A stretch of 64,000 nt of DNA, taken from positions 610 to 64,609 of the forward strand of contig JAQUTK010000021.1 of the NCBI GenBank assembly GCA_028709785.1, in the 5' to 3' direction. The position numbers were made by a program, and so were the translations under genes. The notes beneath the pieces are model-generated. The model had not been told where the DNA came from. It ran no database searches and saw only the letters and a list, made by a program, of their open reading frames with translations. Positions 28,289 to 36,317 of this stretch are shown here, one piece after another (position 1 is the stretch's first letter; every line of letters begins with the position of its first letter). The DNA comes from Bacteroidales bacterium (GTDB lineage: Bacteria > Bacteroidota > Bacteroidia > Bacteroidales > JAQUTK01).

Positions 28289-28551
28289 GTCTCTTTATCC
28301 GGAGTCCTTTTCTCCGTCATTACAGTTAGTATTTCTTCCTTTATTCCGCTCGTTTGCCCTTCGGTAACCTTCCGTTTGCCATTCACTGACTTCCCGTTTG
28401 CCGATGGGTCAACGCAAGCCACATCAGGGAGCGGATTCCCCTTTGTCCATTCGTTCGTCATCTCCTCCCCAAACATCATTTGAAGGATGTCACAGAGACG
28501 TTGCGGCTCTTTATAACTGTTTTTGCCGTATGTACTCTGTATATTATACAT
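28285..28551 (-). CDS. Hypothetical 88-aa protein
   Basis: ORF with a 4-nt ATGA overlap onto the HU-like gene. No motif recognised. Confidence 0.4.
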   Translation of the reverse strand: MYNIQSTYGKNSYKEPQRLCDILQMMFGEEMTNEWTKGNPLPDVACVDPSANGKSVNGKRKVTEGQTSGIKEEILTVMTEKRTPDKET

Positions 28552-28812
28552 GGATGACTATGTTACCGCTTTTCAAAAACGTCTTAAAATGAATTATTTG
28601 CGTCAGTTAGAATCCCGTTCAGCAAAGGTGATGAAAATGTATTGTTGTTCAATATCAGAGATGAAATTGATACATAAAAAAGGAAGATTAATTTTGTATC
28701 CGTCAACACAATCCTTTATAAGGGCATCAAAAGAAAGAATTTACTAACTTCTTAGTATTTAATATTATTAATAAAAATCAGCTGCATTTAATGTAGTTCA
28801 AAAAGATCTCGA

Positions 28813-29841
28813 ATGAAAGAAGAACAGAATCCTGTCGAAAGAGTCCAAACGACTAAAACAACACCAGAAAAAGAAAATGTAGCTCCACGCAAGAATACGA
28901 ACCCCGACACGAAAGCCAGTTTCAGTGAGCAATTTTGGGAAAATCATATTCACGTATTTATTTATCATTGGAATGAAATTGCCAAACTGACTGATCCGGA
29001 GTACAAAAAAAGTGAGATCAATTCGCTCTCCGGTTATTCACGGCTTGTCAATGGAAAGAATGTGACAACACAGGTCATAGTTGAAGGCATTCATGATCTG
29101 ATACTCCGTACTAATTGTTCCATGCATTTCGATGAATCCACACAGTTTGCCATGGATTGTATTGAAAATGGTCTGGAATTCGGACTTGTACAGATGAAAA
29201 ACGGAGCCGCAGTCGCGGGAGCAAAAATAATACCCTTTTTCACCCATAACAGGGGTTATAAAGCTCTCACTAGTTCAGAGAAAGAGAAGATAAAACGTTA
29301 CACTCCGCAGATAATATATAAGAAATGCCCGTTGGCGAACGAAGAAATTATTGTTGGAAAGTTTACATGTAATTGCAACCCCGGAGGTTTAACGCTTCAT
29401 CTGATCGGAACCACCCGCGAGATCAACGGTGAAATGATACTGCCTGACAGTTATCAATACGAGAATTGTCAATATCAGATTACTGCCATTGCAGGTCAAG
29501 CCTTTCAACAGACAAAGATAACCTCTGTCTTCCTATCCAAATATGTGGTTCATATCGGAACGAGGGCCTTTGCAAAATGCAGGAATCTTCAATCTGCAGT
29601 GATCACCAAGAAAGTATCGGAGATAGGGAAAGAAGCCTTTCTTCACTGCCCATTGAAGATGATTTACTCACTCAACCCAAAACCACCTAAGATGATTGGC
29701 AACACTTTTGGCAACCTGGATTATGACAATTGCATACTGGTCATACCCGAAAAATCCTTTGAAGCCTATGCAAGTGCAAAAGAGTGGGAGAAGTTTAAAA
29801 TAGTAAGGCCTCTCACAAAAAAGATCTCATTGAAGTTATGA
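28813..29841 (+). CDS. Protein with a C-terminal BspA-type LRR_5 module and no signal peptide
   Basis: C-terminal ...ITAIAGQAFQQTKITSVFLSKYVVHIGTRAFAKCRNLQSAVITKKVSEIGKEAFLHC... and tail FEAYASAKEWEKFKIV, like the other LRR genes. Confidence 0.6.
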   Translation: MKEEQNPVERVQTTKTTPEKENVAPRKNTNPDTKASFSEQFWENHIHVFIYHWNEIAKLTDPEYKKSEINSLSGYSRLVNGKNVTTQVIVEGIHDLILRTNCSMHFDESTQFAMDCIENGLEFGLVQMKNGAAVAGAKIIPFFTHNRGYKALTSSEKEKIKRYTPQIIYKKCPLANEEIIVGKFTCNCNPGGLTLHLIGTTREINGEMILPDSYQYENCQYQITAIAGQAFQQTKITSVFLSKYVVHIGTRAFAKCRNLQSAVITKKVSEIGKEAFLHCPLKMIYSLNPKPPKMIGNTFGNLDYDNCILVIPEKSFEAYASAKEWEKFKIVRPLTKKISLKL

Positions 29842-29947
29842 AATAGAAGTGTAGTTCGGCAATAAACCGGTAATTGATTCCGATACTCGGAAAAAAATAG
29901 TATCTTTGAAGAGTATAAAATTTGAAACTAGTTTTTCATGATTATGG

Positions 29948-29987
29948 AATGCGCCTGTCTGTGAGGATGGGCGCATTTTGCTTTTTT
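29948..29987 (+). terminator. Rho-independent terminator
   Basis: AATGCGCC / GGCGCATT stem, 13-nt loop, followed by TTGCTTTTTT. Confidence 0.7.
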
Positions 29988-30136
29988 ATGTGCCAATACC
30001 CATTGCTACTAAAGATTAAGAAAAAACATAGGCGTGGTTGAGAAATAAAACTAAAAAAAACAAATATCACAAATAAATAACTACTTTTACCTCGAGGAGA
30101 AGATCTGCTTTTCAATTAGAATTTACACAATAGATT

Positions 30137-32053
30137 ATGATTAAAAACGAAAAAGTAATACAAGGTTCACTTTTCGAAGAAGATTATCTTATTCGAACAT
30201 TAGGTAATATTGGAAGTTCACCAGAAACGGCCTTGACCGAAATTGTAGCAAATGCATGGGATGCAGGTGCTACCAATGTTGATATTTTTATTCCTGATGA
30301 AAAAGGGCAGAAACTAACAATCACCGATAATGGAATTGGCTTGACAAAAGAGGAGTTTTATTCAAGGTGGATGAAACTTGGATATAATAGATTAAAACAT
30401 CAAGGTAAAAAGGTTGAATTTCCCAAAGGGGTTGATTTACAAAGATTCGCATATGGTCGAAATGGGGTTGGGAGACATGGAATGCTTTGTTTTAATAATG
30501 AATATGAAGTTATTACAAATAAGGAAGGTGTGGAATCACGATTTACAATTTCAACAAAAAGTGAAAAAGAACCATTTCTAATAAAGAAGGAGACTTTTAT
30601 GAAATCTACGAAGTCTGGTACAAGATTAGAAGTAGTAGTAATAAAAAACTTACCAAGAGCAGATCTAATTCTTGAAATTATTTCCGCAAGGTTTTTACAT
30701 GACCCTAAATTTATTATTTCAATAAATAAGCGAACAATTCAATTAGAGCAACATAAAGGGCTTATCGATTCCTGCGAAATAAAAGAAGGGGATTTTATAT
30801 TGAATGTTCATCTTATTGATTCAAAAAAATCTCGGAAGTCGACCCTATATCAAGGAATTGCAATCTGGCAAGGTGGGAGATTAGTTGGTGAACCATCATG
30901 GATTATAGGTAAACATATGGTCTTAGATGGTCGCTCAAAACAAGCAAAAAGATATTCTGTCGTGGTTCAAACAGATGATTTTGCTGATTATATAACAGAA
31001 GACTGGACTGGTTTTAAAAAGAGAAGAGAACTTGATTCTGTTTTCGACAGAATCAATGAATGTGTTCAGGCAATGTTTTCAAAGGTAGCTCAAGATAATA
31101 TAGAAGAGACTACAGCTCAAATAAAAAAAGAATATAGTAAAGAATATGAGGAATTAAGTCCACTTGCAAAGTATGAGTTTAATGAAGCCATTCAAAAGAT
31201 CTCTATTTTTAATCCAACAGCTAGACAAGAATCAATATCATTAGCTATTGAAACAGTGATTCAACTCGAAAAAACACGAAGTGGAAGTCTATTACTACAA
31301 AAAATATCCGCGTTATCTCATGAAGATGTACAAGGATTAAACAAATTATTGGAGAATTGGACTGTAAAAGATGCATTGACCGTTCTTGATGAAATAGATA
31401 AACGAATTTCTGTAATTGAAGCAATTCGTAAATTATCAAATGATTCAAATGTTGATGAGTTGCATGTTTTACATCCTTTAGTTGCGAGCGCTCGTTGGAT
31501 TTTTGGACCTGAATTTGACTCACCCGAGTATTCTTCAAATAGTCAATTGCAGACAACTGTTGAAAAAGTATTTGGGAAAAAAATAATCAAAGGAGTCTTT
31601 AACAATAACAAAAAAAGACCTGATATTGTCGTAATGGGTAACTCTGTTTTTTCTGTTACTTCTACTATTGCATTTGATAGTGAGACAGGCTTATCTACGC
31701 TAAATAAGATTCTTATAATTGAATTGAAAAGAGGTGGTTTTAAACTTGGTCGTGAAGAGAGAAATCAAGCCGTTGGATATGTAGAGGATTTTATGAATTG
31801 TGGTACAATAATCGGCAATCCTTACATTAATGCTTTTATTGTTGGTGAGTCATTTAGTGAGAAAACTCAACCAATACAAATAATTGAAAATAAGAATAGA
31901 GTTGAAATGGGAAAAGTACAGATATGTTTGTTTTCACAACTAGTTGATTCTTCTGAGCGGCGATTATTTAATTTACGAAGTAGATTAAATGATCGATATG
32001 CAGATGTTCCTGGAATTGAATTATTCGAGAAAAACAGGAAATTAGCAATGTAA
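30137..32053 (+). CDS. GHKL (Bergerat-fold, MORC/HATPase_c_3-like) ATPase fused to a C-terminal PD-(D/E)xK nuclease-like domain
   Basis: N box EIVANAWDAGA, G1 box ITDNGIGL, G2 box GRNGVGRHG. C-terminus: RPDIVV ... ILIIELKRG ... NQAVGY (D, ExK and QxxxY motifs). Confidence 0.75.
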   Translation: MIKNEKVIQGSLFEEDYLIRTLGNIGSSPETALTEIVANAWDAGATNVDIFIPDEKGQKLTITDNGIGLTKEEFYSRWMKLGYNRLKHQGKKVEFPKGVDLQRFAYGRNGVGRHGMLCFNNEYEVITNKEGVESRFTISTKSEKEPFLIKKETFMKSTKSGTRLEVVVIKNLPRADLILEIISARFLHDPKFIISINKRTIQLEQHKGLIDSCEIKEGDFILNVHLIDSKKSRKSTLYQGIAIWQGGRLVGEPSWIIGKHMVLDGRSKQAKRYSVVVQTDDFADYITEDWTGFKKRRELDSVFDRINECVQAMFSKVAQDNIEETTAQIKKEYSKEYEELSPLAKYEFNEAIQKISIFNPTARQESISLAIETVIQLEKTRSGSLLLQKISALSHEDVQGLNKLLENWTVKDALTVLDEIDKRISVIEAIRKLSNDSNVDELHVLHPLVASARWIFGPEFDSPEYSSNSQLQTTVEKVFGKKIIKGVFNNNKKRPDIVVMGNSVFSVTSTIAFDSETGLSTLNKILIIELKRGGFKLGREERNQAVGYVEDFMNCGTIIGNPYINAFIVGESFSEKTQPIQIIENKNRVEMGKVQICLFSQLVDSSERRLFNLRSRLNDRYADVPGIELFEKNRKLAM

Positions 32054-32115
32054 AAGTACTAACGATTAACAATCGATATCGCAAATACAGGCTTCAGAGG
32101 TTTGCAAAGATTTTT

Positions 32116-32502
32116 ATGAGTTTCAGAATTTCTCTCAACTTGATAATGAATCACTCGCAATCCCTTTCAGACAAGACCTCCAAACTTATAAGAATTCCCT
32201 CAATAACCGAGAACTTGAACATGATGAGCATTATTAAAAAACTTTTTGGCTGTTCGGAGAAAGCAGACAATGACTCAGGAAAGAAAAGGACTGAAATTGA
32301 TCAGCTGATTAACTCTGAGAATCTAAATAACAGCATAATCGAATTAGACAACTATATCTCTGCACTTTGTGAATATGGTCATTCCATTGAACGATTAAGT
32401 GTGCCACAAAAGAATTTCTATTTCAATCAGAATTAAGAAAAAGAGTTTAAGAATGGTGGTTATATTCAGTTCTATTATAAACAAAATATTTTAAAGCTAT
32501 GA
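32116..32502 (+). pseudogene. DUF4375 (DMP19 C-terminal)-like ORF interrupted by an in-frame TAA and truncated at its 3-prime end
   Basis: ...SVPQKNFYFNQN-TAA-EKEFKNGGYIQFYYKQN resembles the DUF4375 core ...FYxxxxLExEVNNGGFxQFFxNS as I recall it. Reading through the TAA at 32434-32436, the frame ends in an ATGA overlap with the next gene (32499-32502). Confidence 0.4.
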
Positions 32503-34379
32503 TTAATCTTCCTCTTCAGATTTCAGTGCCTCAAATCTGGCAAGGTACTTTTGATAAGAACCAATGGAATTCAATAAATTTTATTGTTGGAGCCAACGGT
32601 ACTGGAAAGTCATTATTCTCGAATAGTCTTAAAGATCAATTGCAAAACAAAGGACTAACTGTTCGACTACTTACTGCTGAAAGGCTAGCTGGTTTTGAAA
32701 AATCGAGTTATAGCTCTTTTTCATCTAGCTATTTTGATAGAGGGTTAGATATTTCAAATTTTAAATCATGCAAACAACTTGGTGAGCAATTTGGTTTGTC
32801 AACTTCTGCATTTATAATTTTGCAAGAAAGATTAGATTTAAGGATAAAAATAGAATCCTTGCTCTCCGATTTATTTAAAAAAACAATCAGATTAGTTGAA
32901 GAAGGTGGATATTTGAAACCCAAAATGCAAAGCCTTACAGGAGGAGACGAATATGGGCTAAAAGAACAGGAATGTCATGGCTTGAAAGAGATTATTTCTC
33001 TACTTACCTTTTTGTATGACGAAAAAAACAACTGTATTATCTTCGATGAACCGGAATTACATTTACACCCTCAGTTTCAATCATTTTTTCTGGATGAGAT
33101 AAGAAAATTAGCTGGTAATCCATTTGATGATCCGTCGAAGAAAATGTTCTTTATAATAACTCACTCACCATATTTCTTGGATTTCAGGAGTATTGATGAT
33201 TTGAAAAATGTGATTGTTTGTCATAATAACGAAAAACCGACTTTTATTGAAGAGGGAAGTATAGATGCTCAGGATGAGTATATATTAAGAAAGTTTTTGC
33301 CAAGATTCAACACTCACCATAAGCAATTCTTTTTTTCTCCAAACCCTGTGTTTGTTGAAGGTTATACAGACCAACAAATCATTACTTTATTATTTGAAAA
33401 ATATGAAATGAAGATTTCCGCTTCCGGATCTTCTGTCATTGATGTTGGTGGAAAAGACGAACTTGCCGTATTTTATAGATTGTGCAAAAAACTAAAAATT
33501 GAAGCCCGGTTAGTAGCAGATTACGATGCTCTGTTTAGAGGGAAGTTGCGAGAGGTTTTTACTTCAGAAGAGAAAGTAGCCGATTATTTTACAACAAATG
33601 GTTATGGAGCTAATATTTCGAATACAATTGGCGAAATTGAAAGAAAACTTCTAAGTATCGCTGATAATCTGAATACTAAGAAATCTTCCGACTCAAATGT
33701 TCAGAAATTGATAGATTATTTAAAACCTTTGTATGTAAATAAACAGGACAACCTCGATAAAATTAGGGATGCTGTTTATTTAGCAGTTTATAGATTTAAG
33801 GTACAGATAAAAGATTGTGTTGATGGATGTTTGAATTCAGATGTTGAATATATTGTTAGCGGGTCTTTTGCATTAACAGAGGCTATAAAGCGAGCAAATA
33901 TCTTTATTATTCCTCAAGGCGAATTAGAACATTTTTTCATTAAGAGCACTATTGATTATCTCAATATAACTAACAAGGACAAATTGTTTCATGATGAGAA
34001 AGATTTTATATTATCGCTAGACAATAAGCAAGAAATTGAAAATAATTATTCGGACTTAATAAGGATTCTTAAAGAATCAGTTCCTCATATTGTCGTTAAT
34101 ACAAAAAAACATTTAAAGTATACACTTGTTGAGTGGATACAAAAGGTTCAAAATGCGATTTCAAGAAAAGAAGTAAAGACGTTGGATCAACTTAAAACGA
34201 ATGCAAGAATACAATACTCTATTTATAGCCAGATTCTTGAATGCGCTGATGATGGTCTTGTTGTCAATGAGAATGATACTTTTAGTTGCACAGTGAAAAT
34301 TAAATTAACACTAATCGGAGAAGAAAAGATTGTACATTTTGATCATACAACTACTCCACAGAACTTTATATTTGAATAA
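32499..34379 (+). CDS. OLD-family-like protein: ABC/AAA_21-type ATPase fused to a Toprim nuclease domain
   Basis: Walker A GANGTGKS, Walker B IIFDEPELHLHP, H-loop ITHSPYF. Toprim Glu in VFVEGYTDQ, GGKDE, and DxD in VADYDALF. Confidence 0.8.
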   Translation: MINLPLQISVPQIWQGTFDKNQWNSINFIVGANGTGKSLFSNSLKDQLQNKGLTVRLLTAERLAGFEKSSYSSFSSSYFDRGLDISNFKSCKQLGEQFGLSTSAFIILQERLDLRIKIESLLSDLFKKTIRLVEEGGYLKPKMQSLTGGDEYGLKEQECHGLKEIISLLTFLYDEKNNCIIFDEPELHLHPQFQSFFLDEIRKLAGNPFDDPSKKMFFIITHSPYFLDFRSIDDLKNVIVCHNNEKPTFIEEGSIDAQDEYILRKFLPRFNTHHKQFFFSPNPVFVEGYTDQQIITLLFEKYEMKISASGSSVIDVGGKDELAVFYRLCKKLKIEARLVADYDALFRGKLREVFTSEEKVADYFTTNGYGANISNTIGEIERKLLSIADNLNTKKSSDSNVQKLIDYLKPLYVNKQDNLDKIRDAVYLAVYRFKVQIKDCVDGCLNSDVEYIVSGSFALTEAIKRANIFIIPQGELEHFFIKSTIDYLNITNKDKLFHDEKDFILSLDNKQEIENNYSDLIRILKESVPHIVVNTKKHLKYTLVEWIQKVQNAISRKEVKTLDQLKTNARIQYSIYSQILECADDGLVVNENDTFSCTVKIKLTLIGEEKIVHFDHTTTPQNFIFE

Positions 34380-34714
34380 TGTCATTTAGCGAACTCAATT
34401 CCGTCGAATATTATATGTTTCATGGGTATGATTATTCGTTGTTCCTGACCGGTACGGATCTTCAAAGAGCGAAAGCTATCACCGGTGCCACGAACTTTAT
34501 TTCTGCGGTGAACAAAGAGGAGCAGAAGCAGAGTTTTATCAAAGAGGCATACTTGTTGCACCAGTCGCTGACGCTTTGCAGTAGTTTGCTGGACACCAAT
34601 CAGCGGTACGAAGCGGCTTTCTTTGAGGCTGTTCGCACGCTTGTGGTTCGCGTGACGGGTACCGGTGCTTTTGATAGAAATGTAAAGGTTCAATCTAAGC
34701 ATGCATCGGAGTAA
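34379..34714 (+). pseudogene. hsdR: Relic of a type I restriction enzyme R subunit C-terminus (DUF3387-like)
   Basis: ...KEAYLLHQSLTLCSSLL...RYEAAFFEAVRTLVVRV resembles the HsdR C-terminal domain. Only 111 codons remain. GC rises abruptly at its 5-prime edge. Confidence 0.5.
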
Positions 34715-34740
34715 CCTCTGAACAGTAAAACAGCAAACTG

Positions 34741-34776
34741 TTTGACCATTTTCGTGACTTCACGAAAATGGTCAAA
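34741..34776. repeat. Perfect 17-bp-arm inverted repeat
   Basis: TTTGACCATTTTCGTGA ct TCACGAAAATGGTCAAA. Confidence 0.9.
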
Positions 34777-35157
34777 TCGGATAGTAGAAGTTTTATGTAG
34801 AAACTAAATAAGAAACAACAGTTTGATCGCGAAATCGATTTCGTTATCAAATGCTGTGGATTGATGTATAAAACGAAATATAAAAAAACAAGGCTCTGAT
34901 TTATATCTAGATAAATCGAGCCTCGAGACTCCTTCTAATTATAGATGAGCGTTACAAAGGTAGAATATTTTTTTTGCTTTCAGCCTTAAAAAGAAACTAG
35001 TTCTTATGCATTAATCTATTTCTTATTTATAAGGATCAGCAAACGATGAGATTTTAAACCCCTCGAATTCGATAGGTTTAAAAAATGAAGCCGGATTGAA
35101 TCCCTTTACACTCTCGCCTCAAAAAATGGATTGATGTAACAAGATTAATAGAGAATG

Positions 35158-35184
35158 CAGTTGTTCGGAAATTCCGAACAACTG
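35158..35184. repeat. Perfect 12-bp-arm inverted repeat
   Basis: CAGTTGTTCGGA aat TCCGAACAACTG. Confidence 0.9.
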
Positions 35185-35278
35185 AAACTGACGGTAAAGA
35201 TTAAAATGCAATCTATTATAACCTCTCAGAAAATGTATATATTTGCTGTCGTAAATACGAACGTAAACAGATGACATC

Positions 35279-36298
35279 ATGAAAAATAACCCGAAGTATT
35301 ACTTGCTACTATTGCTTGTCACTTTATTTTCCTGCAAAACAGTCTATTATCCACAGCGTTCCTGGGAGGTAGATCGTCGCGGTGCGCAGGACAGTATGCT
35401 GATTGCTTTGGCCAATGATATTCAGGGAGACGGATGTATTGTCAAGCAAGGCAAGATCCTGCTTTCGTGGGGAAAGATCGATCGTCCCCGGGACTGGGCC
35501 TCTGCTTCTAAGCCTATTCTAAGCACGTTGCTCTTTTTTGCCATCGACGAAGGTGGGGTGAAAAGTGTGAATGACCGGCTGACAGAGTATGGCATTCCTC
35601 TCTCTGAAAAAGATTCCGATCTCTCTTTTCTTCATCTGGGTGCGATGACCAGTGGATATACGTTGAACGAGTTGGCCGGAGAGGCCTTTGCGTATAATGA
35701 TTATGGCATTCAGCTCTATCAGAAGGCTCTTTTTGATTATGTGTACAAAAAGGATCCTACGATGGTGACCACTTCGCATTTTGATGCTATTTCGCCGGAG
35801 GATGGCTTTTTGTACTATAAAAGAAGAGTCTCACTTTCTGTCAGAGACTATGCGCGTATCGTGTGGCTCTGGCGCAATGAGGGAAAGTGGAACGATAAAC
35901 AGGTTATTTCCCGTAAACTGTTTGCACGCTATATGCGGCCTCAGGTACCGTATGATCTGCCTCATGCTTCTCCGTGTGAGCGTATCGATGATTACTTAGG
36001 GATTGGTTCGTATGGGGGTGGCGCGGATCATTTTACGCAATACGGACCGGGTGTTTATGGTTTTAACTGGTGGTTTAATAAACCGACGCTCCTGCACAAG
36101 GGGGAACGTCTGTTTCCCTCTTTACCGGATGATCTGATCATGGCGGTGGGTGTGCGGGGACATCTGGCTCTCTTTTCTCCGAAAAGGGACTATATCCTGG
36201 TCAGCTCTTTTGGCAACTGGGGGGCTATGGGTGAAGACTGGAGTAAAGCGGAGACGTTGATCAAACGCTTTCTGGAGTGTATGAAAAACTATGAATGA
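35279..36298 (+). CDS. Secreted serine hydrolase (beta-lactamase-like family), tentative
   Basis: Signal peptide/lipobox LFSC. SxxK motif in DWASASKPILSTLLF. Confidence 0.55.
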   Translation: MKNNPKYYLLLLLVTLFSCKTVYYPQRSWEVDRRGAQDSMLIALANDIQGDGCIVKQGKILLSWGKIDRPRDWASASKPILSTLLFFAIDEGGVKSVNDRLTEYGIPLSEKDSDLSFLHLGAMTSGYTLNELAGEAFAYNDYGIQLYQKALFDYVYKKDPTMVTTSHFDAISPEDGFLYYKRRVSLSVRDYARIVWLWRNEGKWNDKQVISRKLFARYMRPQVPYDLPHASPCERIDDYLGIGSYGGGADHFTQYGPGVYGFNWWFNKPTLLHKGERLFPSLPDDLIMAVGVRGHLALFSPKRDYILVSSFGNWGAMGEDWSKAETLIKRFLECMKNYE

Positions 36299-36317
36299 CA
36301 AACTAATACTACTTACT

